This document shows positions 1 to 11,167 of a stretch of 64,000 bases of DNA, one piece after another (position 1 is the first letter of the stretch; every line of letters begins with the position of its first letter). The position numbers and the translations under genes were made by a program. The notes below the pieces were generated by a model. The model did no database searches and was not told where the DNA came from. It worked only from the letters and a program-made list of their open reading frames with translations. Source of the DNA: Novakomyces olei (Eukaryota). The stretch is from positions 434,001 to 498,000 of the forward strand of contig JADEYG010000015.1 of NCBI GenBank assembly GCA_016906335.1, written 5' to 3'.

Positions 1-156
1 TTAATATATTGGCGATAGGAAAATTTAGACACGATTAGCCGTGACGAGCCAATCTCTCGCTATCTGTCAATATTTATTTTACGGGATTAGCAATAGAAAT
101 AATTAGTATAATAATACACATAGTCTCTCCTACTGCCCTGCTAAGCGCCGGACAAG

Positions 157-1361
157 ATGACAGGCAAAAAGATTCTTTTGTGTGCCCCTATAAACTTTGC
201 GAAATCGGCTCTTGCTGAGCTAGACGCAAAGTTTGGCGTCCATGTAAGCTTGTCCAAGTGCCTCCTTTTATATTTGTCGTTTTGCTTTGGTTGCTTGTAA
301 TTGACATGCGTAGGTCATTAAAGCGACAAATCGCAAAGCTTTCCTTGAAGAGCTTCAATCCTCGGAATGTGCAGGTGCAGTAGTTTCCTACAGACCGCTT
401 GATCTTATGGGGAAGTTTGGCCGATTTGACGAAGAGGTTATCAGCCATTTCCCTTCGACTCTCAAGTACATTGCCCACAATGGTGCTGGCTTTGACCAGA
501 TTGATATTGCGGCAGCCAAGGCTAAGGGTACGTTGAACAAGGCGGCAAGCAACAGCGGTGCAAATACCATTTGGTGGTTGAGCAACTTACACAGAGAAAC
601 AAAAGAATCAAGATTAACAAAAATTAACAAAATTAACCTAAATTTATAACTAAATTTATAAATCTAATTTAATTGCAGGCATTTCCGTGTCAAACACGCC
701 ACAGGTGGTGAATGCCGCTACAGCTGACACTGCAGTATTTCTGCTGTTGGGCGCTTTGCGCAAATTCAACAGCGGCCTGGCTTCGTTACGCAAGGGAGTG
801 TTCCGCCAACAATTCCAAATGGGCAATGACCCGTCGGGTAAGACGTTGGGAATTCTCGGTATGGGTGGCATTGGACGCGCTATTGCAGCCCGCGCAATGC
901 CCTTTGGTCTCAAGGTCGTCTATCACAATCGCAAGCGCCTTCCCGCAGAAAAGGAAGGATCTGCTTCCTATGTTGATTCTTTTGATGAATTGCTATCAAC
1001 CGCAGATGTAATTAGTCTCAATTTGCCTCTGAACGCAAACACAAGACACATCATTGGAGCCAAGGAGTTTGCAAAGATGAAGGATGGCGTAGTGATTATC
1101 AACACGGCAAGAGGCCCTGTCATTGACGAAAAGGCTCTCGTCGATGCCCTGAACTCAGGGAAAGTTGCTGCTGCTGGCCTGGACGTGTACGAGCGCGAGC
1201 CTGAGGTGGAAAAGGGTCTTTTGGAGAACGAGAATTGTATTCTACTACCTCATGTTGGTACCGTCAGCTTGGAGACGCAAACGGCCTTGGAAGAGCTGGC
1301 ACTGGCCAACGTCAAGAACGCTTTGGAAGAAGGCAGTTTACTGACTCCTGTTTCTACTTAG
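157..1361 (+). CDS. GOR1: D-isomer-specific 2-hydroxyacid dehydrogenase (glyoxylate reductase-like), 3 exons
   Basis: ATG 157; introns 244-313 (GTAAGC..TAG) and 528-678 (GTACGT..CTAAT..CAG). Motifs HNGAGFDQID, GILGMGGIG, INTARG, GLDVYEREP, LLPHVG. Confidence 0.85.
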
Positions 1362-1550
1362 ATTTCTCTTTTCGTATGTGAATAGGAGACGTCCTGCAAA
1401 AGAATCTACTTTTTCCTTGTAAATTATGTTGCTTGGAAATAGTATAAAAAAATTAGTATTAATAGACGCTAAATTAAATTATTGACTAGTAAATTACTTA
1501 AATTATAGCGATGATTAATGGTATCCAATTTATATGTATTATTTATAGAG

Positions 1551-2102
1551 ATGAGGTTTATGGATGCCGCGTCAATCGCTTATCGAATACGGCAAAATCT
1601 GTCTAGCGAAGAGTCATGGCGTGTTTCACGAAGTGTAGAGTCTTTTGCGGCAAATATGCCTTCTGCTTCCTTTGCCGGTAATGCCAGTTTTACAGCACGT
1701 GAGCCTACCGCGAAGGAATACTTTGCGGAATACGTTTACAGTGAACGAGGGCAGCTGAAGCTCGGAGACAGTACGGTTCTGCCTGCTTCTAAGAAATACG
1801 TGTGGCGATTTAGCGATAAGGGACAAGATGCTGTTAATCAAGGGCTAAGTATATGGTTCGTTTCCAATGATGATGACGAGAGGACAATGGACCTATTTGT
1901 GTCACTGGATTTCTCCTTTTCCAAAAATACAAAAGGCTGTACAGACGCTTTTGTGGCGCGTGGACAACACCTTTGTGGGAACGACACGTACTCTACTGTG
2001 TTTACGTTTGCAGAGGGAACAATGGCAGTAGAAATAACGTGTAAGGGACCAAAGAAATGGTACGTTAGTCGGACACAGTACGATAACGAAACTGCTGAAT
2101 GA
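1551..2102 (+). CDS. DUF6314-like beta-rich protein
   Basis: Pattern FAGNASF..YVYSERGQL..KKYVW..HLCGNDTY..KGPKKWY recalled from DUF6314. Start uncertain (ATG 1518, 1551 or 1560). Confidence 0.65.
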   Translation: MRFMDAASIAYRIRQNLSSEESWRVSRSVESFAANMPSASFAGNASFTAREPTAKEYFAEYVYSERGQLKLGDSTVLPASKKYVWRFSDKGQDAVNQGLSIWFVSNDDDERTMDLFVSLDFSFSKNTKGCTDAFVARGQHLCGNDTYSTVFTFAEGTMAVEITCKGPKKWYVSRTQYDNETAE

Positions 2103-2298
2103 ACCTGCACTTCCAGCCTCACATGAATAATTTATAATTTACTAAAGCATCCGTGCGTTTTTATGGATACGATTCGTCTCGCGATGAAAACAGCTCGTTC
2201 GTGGCTGGCTAGAAAACTTATAAACACCCTTAGTGGCCATTTTGAAACTTTAGACTGTAACCCAATACATAAGACATTTTCCTATTACATTCTGAACT

Positions 2299-2825
2299 TT
2301 AGATATCCTCCTCCTTTGCCTCTTCATCAGTGACAGTCGTTTCCGACGTATGCTGTGATTGAGCTTGATTCTGAAACCTTTCTCGGGCTCTATTCAGCAG
2401 CTCGCCTTGCTGTCGCAATAATTCTTCCTGTGACATCCCACTCTGGTCCAGTTTTGATTGTTTTCGTTCACGTAATTTTTGCTGTATTTTATGTTCCTTG
2501 ACGACTTCCTGCACCGGTTCAACGTATTCGCTAAATCCGAGTTCCTGTAGAGCCTTCACAATGTGTTCCGCGGCAATTGTTTTCTTTGAATCCTTTTCAC
2601 ATATTTCATTGGCCTCGGAGGAAACAAGGCGGATAAATTCGACACAGCAGTCAATAACAAGATCGCGTGTTTCACGCGCTGCAGTGACTTCCGGCGGAAG
2701 CATTTCTTGTATGAGCTTTTGTACAGTGGCTGAATGTCAGTAATTAATTGTCAGTGAATAAAACGAGTACCTTTGGGCAACGAAAACTCGTCGTCGTTCG
2801 ACGATCCAGCCCCGGAATCACCCAT
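2299..2825 (-). CDS. NCB2: Negative cofactor 2 beta subunit (Dr1), histone fold, 2 exons
   Basis: MGDSGAGSSNDDEFSLPK|ATVQKLIQEMLP..DCCVEFIRLVSSEANEICEKDSKKTIAAEH; short intron about 2730-2770. Confidence 0.93.
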
Positions 2826-3300
2826 TGAGATTCTATGTTCGACCTGACTGTGCTCCGTTAAATGTAATTAAAAGGCCGGCTAAAAGCTTGAACGAGGCAG
2901 AGAAAGCCGCCAGCTTAGGCTTCTGCAAATACGAATTAATCCACGTCCCGCGTGACCGCCGGCATTCTTCAAAATGAGCATTTACACGAATGCAGTAAAC
3001 GCGACATTTGTAAAATTGTCCTCTGCACGTAGCATTGCTTATACCATATTTTGAACAAAATATCAAGTATACAGTGCTGTGCTGCACGAATATAATATTA
3101 TATTAATATTCACAAATTTATGCCATTTTGTCGATGTATAAAAAAGTATGCAGTAATCATACTGCCCAAGCAATCTTGTATGCATTATATACTGCAAAAG
3201 CTGGAGAAAATTTTTTGATTGCTGCCGACTTTTCAAAGGGCGCAACATCGAGTTTCCAGCATCGTCAGCACACATATTACCTTATTCGCCCTCATTCACG

Positions 3301-5639
3301 ATGGTGCAATCAAGCGTTCTCGGTTTCCCTCGGTAAGTCGGCTTTCTACCAGAGTTGTCGGTTCTGCAATTGATGCTAATTTATTTTATAGAATGGGCCC
3401 CAACCGTGAGTTGAAGAAGGCACTTGAGTCATACTGGGCCGGCAAGTCTACGGCACAAGACCTTTTGGCCACTGGCAAACAAATCCGCAAGGACAATTGG
3501 CTGCTGCAAAAGTCTCAGGGTGCGGATATCATCCCCTCAAACGACTTTGCCTACTATGACCAGGTGCTGAACCATTCAGTTCTCTTCAACGCCATCCCGG
3601 CAAAGTACCAAGGTCTGGCTCTTGATCCGCTGGATGTTATGTTTGCCATGGGCCGTGGCCACCAGAAGGGCGGTATTGATGTCCCCTCGCAAGAGATGGT
3701 GAAGTGGTTCGATAGCAACTACCATTACATGCGCCCTGAGGTTTCAGAGGAGACACAATTCAAGCTGGCTGCCACTACTCCAGTCGATGAGTTCAATGAG
3801 GCTAAAGAGCTTGGTATCAAGACCAGACCTGTTCTTGTAGGCCCTGTAACCTTCTTGTACCTGGCGAAGGCTGCTGCTGGCTCTAAGGTTAGCCCTATCG
3901 CTCTTTTACCCAAGCTTTTACCCGTCTACGTGGAGCTTTTGAACAAGTTGGCCGAGGCCGGTGCGGAATGGGTACAGATCGATGAGCCTATCGTCGTTTA
4001 CGATCTGCCACAGGAGATCAAGGACGCCTTTGCTCCTGCTTATGAAGCGCTTTCAAAGGCTTCAGTAAAACTGCTGTTTACCACTTACTTTGGTGACATT
4101 GGCCCTCACTGGTCCATTGTCCAGGCTTTGCCCGTGGACGGTATTCACTTTGACCTGGTCAGGTCTCCCGGCCAGATTGAACAGATCTTGTCCGAGTTTA
4201 AGGGCGACAAGGTTATCTCTCTCGGTCTTGTTGATGGACGTAACATCTGGCGCACTCGGTTCAAGACTGCCTTTGAGCAGGTGGAGAATGCTGTGCAGGA
4301 ATTCGGGTCAGACAAGGTTATTGTCGCTACTTCTTCCTCGCTTTTGCATACTCCTCACACACTCGAGAGCGAGCACAAGTTGGACGCTGAGATCAAGCAA
4401 TGGTTTGCCTTTGCCAAAGAGAAGGTCAAGGAGGTGGCTGTTCTTGCCACTGCTGCCAATGAAGGCCCCGCTAAAGTCCGGGGTGACTTTGAGGCCAACG
4501 AGGCCGCTCATGAGGCTCGTGTAAAGAGCAGCATTACCTATGACCCTGCTGTCAGAGACCGAGTCAAGGCAGTAAAGCCTGCTGACCTTGATCGCCCTTG
4601 CCCCTTCCCTGAGCGCCGTGAGGCCCAAAAGACGCTTAATCTGCCTCTTTTCCCCACTACCACCATTGGCTCTTTCCCGCAAACAAAGGAGATCCGTGTC
4701 CAGCGTAACAAATTTACAAAGGGCGAGATCAATGCAGAGCAATACGATCGATTCATTGAGAAGGAGATTGAGAGCGTTGTTCGTTTCCAGGAGGAAATCG
4801 GACTCGATGTCCTCGTGCACGGAGAGCCAGAGCGTAACGACATGGTTCAGTATTTCGGTGAGCAAATGAAGGGCTTTGCCTTTACGCAAAGCGGATGGGT
4901 CCAGTCCTATGGCTCCCGCTGTGTACGGCCCCCCATCGTTGTCGGCGACGTCAGCCGTCCTGAGGCAATGACGGTAAAAGAATCGAAATACGCCCAGTCT
5001 ATTACCAAGAAGCCCATGAAGGGCATGCTCACGGGCCCCGTGACCATTATCCGCTGGTCTTTCCCTCGTGACGATGTCACCCAGGATGTGCAGTTGGTAC
5101 AATTGGGTCTTGCTATCCGCGATGAAGTAAAGGACCTTGAGGCTGCTGGTATCTCTGTTATTCAAGTAGATGAGCCTGCTTTGCGCGAGGGTCTGCCTCT
5201 GCGCCACAAGGACTGGGACTCTTACTTGGAATCGGCGGTGAACAGTTTCCGTTTGGCTACTGCAGTGGCCGCCAAGGCTACTCAGGTTCATTCTCATTTT
5301 TGCTACTCTGATTTCAACGATATTTTCCCGTCTATCCAGGCTCTTGATGCCGATGTTATCTCTATTGAGGCCTCAAAGTCTGATTTGAAACTTATCAATG
5401 CCTTCAAGGCCTATGGCTACACTTCGTACGTCGGACCGGGTGTTTACGATATCCACTCTCCACGTGTTCCCTCCGTCGAGGAGATCAAGGAGCGTCTGCA
5501 GCAGTTTTTGAGCGTAGTAAAACCGGAATTGCTGTGGGTTAACCCTGACTGCGGTCTCAAGACCCGTGGATGGGACGAGACTCGCCGTTCGCTGATCAAC
5601 ATGGTTGAAGCTGCAAAATTCTACCGCTCAAAGTATTGA
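3301..5639 (+). CDS. MET6: Cobalamin-independent methionine synthase, 2 exons
   Basis: True start MVQSSVLGFPR at 3301; intron 3333-3391 (GTAAGT..GCTAAT..TAG). Motifs KWFDSNYHY, HGEPERNDMV, HFCYS, WVNPDCGLKTR. Confidence 0.97.
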
Positions 5640-6151
5640 GCTGCTGATGATTGCGGTACTAAACTTCAGTTGATGGAGCAACCGTTGGTATAAGGCTTAT
5701 ATAGCGATTCAACATTCGCGTATACGCCTTTTACTCTCCGTTAAATCAATCTTGTTTTTTACGGTTTTTGTTTTTCATATTGTGTGTGTGTATGGAAAGG
5801 CTATCGTTACCCATTATATTTCCCCTTTGATATATCCCTTCCGTTGCCCAACAGCTACTGTGTTGATGGCTATTTTTGCATAAAAGTATTGTCCATCTAT
5901 TTTTATTTTTTGTTTCTTTTTTTAATATTTTTATTCCTTTCAATTTTTTATTTTTATTTTTTGCTTTTGTTCATAGAGATACCTATATGTTCATGCTTTC
6001 TCAACAAAACATGTCTCTGGGAGATATTAATTATATTGTTATTAACCCATGTAATACCGCGTGTCCACGATATACGGTGAGTCGTTACGTGCCGGCCTTG
6101 GCCAACATCAGAAAAGATAGCATGCGTACAATAGCAGAGATAAATAAATAA

Positions 6152-6193
6152 TAATTAATTAATTAATTAATTAATTAATCAATTAATTAATTA
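6152..6193. repeat. (TTAA)n palindromic microsatellite
   Basis: About 10 copies of TAAT/TTAA with one substitution, just upstream of the steroid reductase gene. Confidence 0.9.
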
Positions 6194-6289
6194 TGTCTAT
6201 GTGTGACTAGTAGCAAATTAGTCAATGACGTATAATAAATAATATACGCTGTCGCACTTTACGCTGCGACGCCCGAATGTGTGTCGGCA

Positions 6290-7102
6290 ATGTTGCTGTT
6301 TGATCAAGCGCGGCTATTTCCACTTCTTTACAAAGTGTATGTGGGGTTCATCGTTGCATCGGCTCCCACTGTACTTCTCATCAATGCGCCACACGGAAAA
6401 TTTGCAGACAAAAACATATGGATTCTGCCCGTGAACGGCCGCCTTTCGTGGTTTGCAATGGAGATTGTCAGCCCGATAAATTTGCTGTTGCAGTATTCCA
6501 CAGGGCGGATATTTGATACGCGCAATGCGCTTCTCGCTGCTCTGTTTACACTTCACTATATTCAACGGGCGATTGTATCGCCTTTATTTCGTGCTCCCTC
6601 TGTCGCGAGAGCAGATGTAAGCGTTCCCTTGTCCGCAGCCCTCTTCAATTTCGTCAATGGCTCTTTGCTCGGAATATATTTGGGCAACACTACAAACTCG
6701 ACTGCCTCCCCCGTTTTTGCCCTCGGCCTGGTCGCCTGGCTGGGCGGGTTTGCTATGAATATCTACCACGATGAACTGCTCTACTCTTTGCGCCGAGGGA
6801 AACGAGGGCAAACGGGCAAGTACTATATCCCCTACGGAGGCTTATTCAAATACATTTCGCAGCCAAACTATTTCACTGAATGGATTGAATGGCTCGGGTT
6901 TGCCATTGCCTCTTGGCACTGTACGGGATCAGCGCGTGGGCTGCAGTTTGATGGGTACTGGGTACCACCCGGCTGGCTGTTTTTAGCCGCTGAATTGGCA
7001 GTAATGCTGCCACGGGCACTCGGCACTCACAAATGGTACAAACGGACGTTTGGAGACACATACCCTTCCGAGCGTAAAGCTATTATTCCATTTTGGCTTT
7101 AG
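6290..7102 (+). CDS. 3-oxo-5-alpha-steroid 4-dehydrogenase (SRD5A1/DET2-like)
   Basis: WFAMEIVSP, HYIQRAI, FNFVNG, NIYHDELLYSLR, YYIPYGGLFKYISQPNYFTEWIEW, RKAIIPF; multi-TM. Confidence 0.9.
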   Translation: MLLFDQARLFPLLYKVYVGFIVASAPTVLLINAPHGKFADKNIWILPVNGRLSWFAMEIVSPINLLLQYSTGRIFDTRNALLAALFTLHYIQRAIVSPLFRAPSVARADVSVPLSAALFNFVNGSLLGIYLGNTTNSTASPVFALGLVAWLGGFAMNIYHDELLYSLRRGKRGQTGKYYIPYGGLFKYISQPNYFTEWIEWLGFAIASWHCTGSARGLQFDGYWVPPGWLFLAAELAVMLPRALGTHKWYKRTFGDTYPSERKAIIPFWL

Positions 7103-7503
7103 CTCTGTGTGCTGGTCCGCCGGGTTTAGTACACGTTTCCCTTGCTAAGCACTACCTACCATTTAAATGCCCGCTCTGCATTACGGCTATGGCTAATTTG
7201 AGTTTGTTAATGATTTTGCCTTGGCCTTGGGCACGTGTTGAGCGACTATTGCCGAGCCATAATGACCATACTGAAAGCAGGCGCTGGGGCAACAAAAGCA
7301 CTGTTTATCGCAATTTGTACTATAAATATTCTTAGAAATATTCTTAAAATATTCTCAAAATATTCTTAAACTAATTATGAAAATGATCAGCACTTGTCTT
7401 TTTCATTAAACTTGTGGATATGTCCAAAATGTCAACACATTTTCATTAGGTTTATTATCATTTATGCAGAAATAATCATGGGTATCATTATGAAAACACA
7501 ACG

Positions 7504-7950
7504 CTATGGTACAACGGATAATCCAACACTCTTGGCCGTGCCTAGTACGCTCTTTGCAATAGACTCTAATGGCACTCCAGAAAGGTTGGCATCTTTTGCT
7601 TTGATTAGAGCAATCTCATAGACTTGCTTTAGACTGACTTGGCCTGATACTTGCCGTCCTGGAGTTTGTGCGCCTTTCTCGATTCCCGCAGTTTTCATCA
7701 ACAGGTAAGAAGTTGGCGGGGATTTTGTCTCAAACGTAAACGTCCGATTTGGTTTTACCGTGACCACTGTCGGCACGGGCAATCCGGGTTCAAGGGCTCC
7801 CGTGCGAGCATTAAACTCTTTACAGAAATCAATTGACTTTACGCCTCTTGCTCCGAGTGCCGGACCCACTGGAGGCGACGGAGACGCTCCTCCGGCAGGA
7901 ACGATTAGCCGGATCATGACATTCTGAGCAGCCTTGGCTGATTTAGACAT
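7504..7950 (-). CDS. MRPL19: Mitochondrial ribosomal protein uL11m
   Basis: [50 protein letters not shown]. Confidence 0.95.
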   Translation of the reverse strand: MSKSAKAAQNVMIRLIVPAGGASPSPPVGPALGARGVKSIDFCKEFNARTGALEPGLPVPTVVTVKPNRTFTFETKSPPTSYLLMKTAGIEKGAQTPGRQVSGQVSLKQVYEIALIKAKDANLSGVPLESIAKSVLGTAKSVGLSVVP

Positions 7951-8102
7951 ACTGCTGTTATGTTAGCCGAGCTCTCGACACACTCAAGAGACGCAGAAAG
8001 AAAAGCATTGTATACACTGTCCTGTAAAAGCATAGATCCTTGAGAAAAAAGAAAAGTATAAAGAAACTGATCGCCTCTTGCCAAGTATCTCTTTGCTTGG
8101 AT

Positions 8103-8190
8103 TGCCTCTGTCGAAAGATGAAAAGATTTAATTATTTGTTTTAATCATGGAAAGTTTCATGATTAGCATGGATAATAATTCTTCCTCGGC
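8103..8190 (-). ncRNA. snR53: Box C/D snoRNA, snR53-like (guide for the 18S Am796-equivalent)
   Basis: Minus strand TCCATGCTAATC-ATGA(D')..ATGATTAAAA matches the recalled yeast snR53 core; guide is antisense to 18S AUUAGCAUGGA. Terminal stem TGCC/GGCA flanks variant boxes AGGAAGA and CAGA. Lies in intron 8224-7955. Confidence 0.75.
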
Positions 8191-8370
8191 AGCAAAGATA
8201 ATGAAAAGCAAAAATAAGCATTACCTTAATTTATATTGACCAGAACCGCGCGTTTGTGCGATCGGTTCTCCGTCCCCACTTTTATATTCTGGACGAACGT
8301 CAAATTCTTTGCCGCCTGTACATTGTTAACACTAATCCCAACAACGCCAATAAAGCTGCACGAGATATGT

Positions 8371-8448
8371 GATCAGGTAATCGAACCATATTTTCGTCTT
8401 CATCAGATTCAGAATTTGATAGTAGACTAATATTCGGGCTCATCATCT
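8371..8448 (-). ncRNA. Box C/D snoRNA with two rRNA antisense elements
   Basis: C box ATGATGA (8446-8440), D' CTGA, C' CTGATGA, D CTGA (8376-8373). D' guide TACTATCAAAT (18S AUUUGAUAGUA); D guide ATGGTTCGATTA (25S UAAUCGAACCAU). Lies in intron 8479-8316. Confidence 0.85.
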
Positions 8449-8641
8449 TCAATCCGGCAGAGTAGTGCAAATAACTTACCTTTTGATGTATTTGAAACAC
8501 AAGCAGGTACTATGGCCTCTGCTCGGTCCGGAGAATTTCAAGTCTTTATTGGTACGGCTCTTGAATTAGCATCAAATCCTTCGAGACTATAAAGATAGAT
8601 ATAGAGTGTGATATTGAGCCAATGCTCTTTCATATTCTTTT

Positions 8642-8745
8642 CAGCACATTGTTGTTCAGAATAATGGGTGTTTGGCATCCCGAATGTCAATCGATCATTA
8701 AGATCAGCCTGGGGCGACAACTTTATTCATCCTGTTACAATGCTG
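8642..8745 (-). ncRNA. snR67: Box C/D snoRNA, snR67/SNORD31-like (guide for P-loop Gm2619-equivalent)
   Basis: C box AGGATGA (8733-8727); D' guide GTCGCCCCAGG-CTGA pairs with LSU CUGGGGCGGC, and the +5 rule gives the second G. D box 8659-8656; terminal stem CAGCATTGT/ACAATGTGCTG. Lies in intron 8786-8560. Confidence 0.8.
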
Positions 8746-9866
8746 CCTCACTGGCAGTCTGAGCAGTACAGAAACAAGTTACCTACCTCGAACCTTTGAG
8801 CGTTTGTCGATGGACAAATTTTTCCTGTCAACGCAAGGCAACCGATTATTTCAGTATATGATAAATATTACTTGGAGAAAACCCTGACAGGTCCTAGATT
8901 TCTTCTACCAGAAAACCCTGCGCGTTGATATTATAGAATGACGTTGATTAAAGATAAGTGTGTTCTGCATTGGGAAATGTCGAGCGGGCATGAAATGATT
9001 CTTGATTTGCTGGCACATGGCAATTCACGCCTGCATTACGCCTTTTTATCAGCAGCAGTCTGCGTCAGAATTGGTTGGCGCTAGACTTGAGCCCAGCAAA
9101 AGATGGAGTTTTAGAATTGTAGTCTTTTGTTCTGTTGATGTATAGATAAATAGATTGGCAATGACTATGTGGAGAAATTAAACAATAGTTTGGCTTCACG
9201 AACGCAACATGGACTGTCGACAATGAAATAATAAACACAATTAAGCTCGTTTTTGTTAAAGCTGTACAACCAATTATGTACGCAATGTGCGCTCTCATAA
9301 TCATCTAGGCTTGCAATGCAATCCGTCTCATATTTCACACTACGGCTTTGTCACTTATAAGATTTCCTATTTCTTCTTACGCGGGCGGTATATAACAATA
9401 TCATTAATGAAATTATTGATAAATAATAATTACCAAATTAATTGAAGGGTGAGCACGAGGCGGTATTTGAAGCAAGAAACAGGTGTTTTGCGAGGCAACA
9501 GAGGATAATTTTCGGCTAAATCGAGTTCAGTCTTATCTGAAATTGATTGGATGTATTTGTTCGGCTCTTTATTGTGATAAATATTGCGATATTCGACTGA
9601 ATCTTCCGGGGCGGCATTTGTGTCGTAAAAAACGATTGAACAAACACATAAAAAAGGTCCAGGAGGCATTTAAGAGACTGAAACTTTTATCAAAAGCAAA
9701 TCAGCCATACGATCATTTCAGCCGAGTTCTCGTTCTGTTTAGGAGGCAAGGTTTAAGAAAAATCTAAAAGAACTGAAAAGACAAGAAACAACGCAAGACC
9801 AACAACAGCAAAGAAAAGAAGGGCCGTCTGATAAACAGGCAAGGACCGGTCAAAAAGGGTTCATAA

Positions 9867-10664
9867 ATGAATGATATGGTTAATTCAGGTTCAAAGGCGC
9901 AAAATGAGGCACAAAATGATACATATAATGCAAATAAAAGTAATAAAGCTCGAAAAAGGTTTGAAAGTTCCGATTTAGAACCGAGCACAGCTGAAGGGAG
10001 GTCAGCGGGATCAAACGACGACAATGCTACGAAACGCGCTTCACACAAATTACCAAGCGCAAAAAGTCTTTCATTATTTCCTTATTTGCAACATCATTCT
10101 TATGAAGATCCAAAGAGAGGAGGCAGAAAGCCAGGACAAATAAATATTGCTCGGAAGACTCGAGCTTCTTCTCCCGGATCAAACGTGACTCGATCTCGCA
10201 GTGCGTCATTGGCTCGAGATGACTTACAATTCGATCCTTCATTACTAAATTTGGATTGTCTGGGTATAATAAACAACCTGCGAGTCGCACAAAACCTTCC
10301 GGCTCTTGACAATATTGATTCATTATTAAATGAGGATAATCAAAAGAATGGATTCCCCTATGAAGATACAAGGACAGGTGGCAGTCGAGGTCGGGGAAGA
10401 GTAAGAGGAAGAGCCAGAAGCCGGGGTCGAGGCGGGAGTAATCATAGCGCCACGGAACGCAAAGATAGCAATGCTAACACTAGAGGACCTCATTGGCTCG
10501 AAAGCATGGATACGACGTACTCTATTGATGTAACGAAATTGGACAAGAACAAGGTGGAAGCTTCCATACATGATGCGCTTGCTGTACTTGATCGATTGCA
10601 TGAGTCGTGGATGTGGCTTGAGCTGGGTAAAAATGCAAACAAGCAACGAAATGTCGGAAAATAG
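9867..10664 (+). CDS. Hypothetical basic protein with RG-rich tract; may have upstream exons
   Basis: 265-codon ORF with KRGGRKPG, RGRGRVRGRARSRGRGG and a predicted helical C-terminus; no family recognised. Confidence 0.5.
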   Translation: MNDMVNSGSKAQNEAQNDTYNANKSNKARKRFESSDLEPSTAEGRSAGSNDDNATKRASHKLPSAKSLSLFPYLQHHSYEDPKRGGRKPGQINIARKTRASSPGSNVTRSRSASLARDDLQFDPSLLNLDCLGIINNLRVAQNLPALDNIDSLLNEDNQKNGFPYEDTRTGGSRGRGRVRGRARSRGRGGSNHSATERKDSNANTRGPHWLESMDTTYSIDVTKLDKNKVEASIHDALAVLDRLHESWMWLELGKNANKQRNVGK

Positions 10665-11167
10665 TGTCGTTTGATGATACCACGTAGTTTAAACATGTTA
10701 CTTTCAAGCCGATTTACAAGCTTGCTCTTGTTGAACACAGCAACAATTTTCATGATAGATCTACGGTATATTTCTTTGTAAATGTAAACTTTTGCAGCCT
10801 CCTATCCCATCGTATACGCCGATCTTGAAACCTTCCTTTGTTGCCTAAAGCAAGTCCTTTGCACCATGTGCATCGCTTTTAATTATATTTGACACATTTA
10901 GTTTATCACAATAATGATATGCCGAAATATTGGATAAAACTCGTTTAATTTAGCCTTTGTCAATATTCAGATAGCCATAATATTACAGTTCAGTATAAAG
11001 TAATCCATTATTACCTAGGATTCTGATACTTGGTGCAGCTGTTTACTATATATATTCACAAAACCTGACAAAATATGAATAAAATTAGTGACCGGCAACA
11101 GTCAGTACCATTAGTATAATGAATTAGAAAATTAATCGAAATAGAGGACTCTAGTCATGTACAGCCC

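Noticed and set aside
3219-3300. N-terminal extension of Met6 in the ORF track
   Set aside because: Non-ATG start reading through an intron; the conserved start is ATG 3301.
4308-5297. Long antisense ORFs (329 aa opposite MET6; similar ones opposite AXL2, MPP10 and the orphan)
   Set aside because: Shadows of codon bias in strongly coding sequence; no motifs.
8512-8761. Plus-strand spliced ORF faintly resembling Atg101
   Set aside because: Short, stops early, and lies antisense to the well-supported snR67-like snoRNA and host intron.
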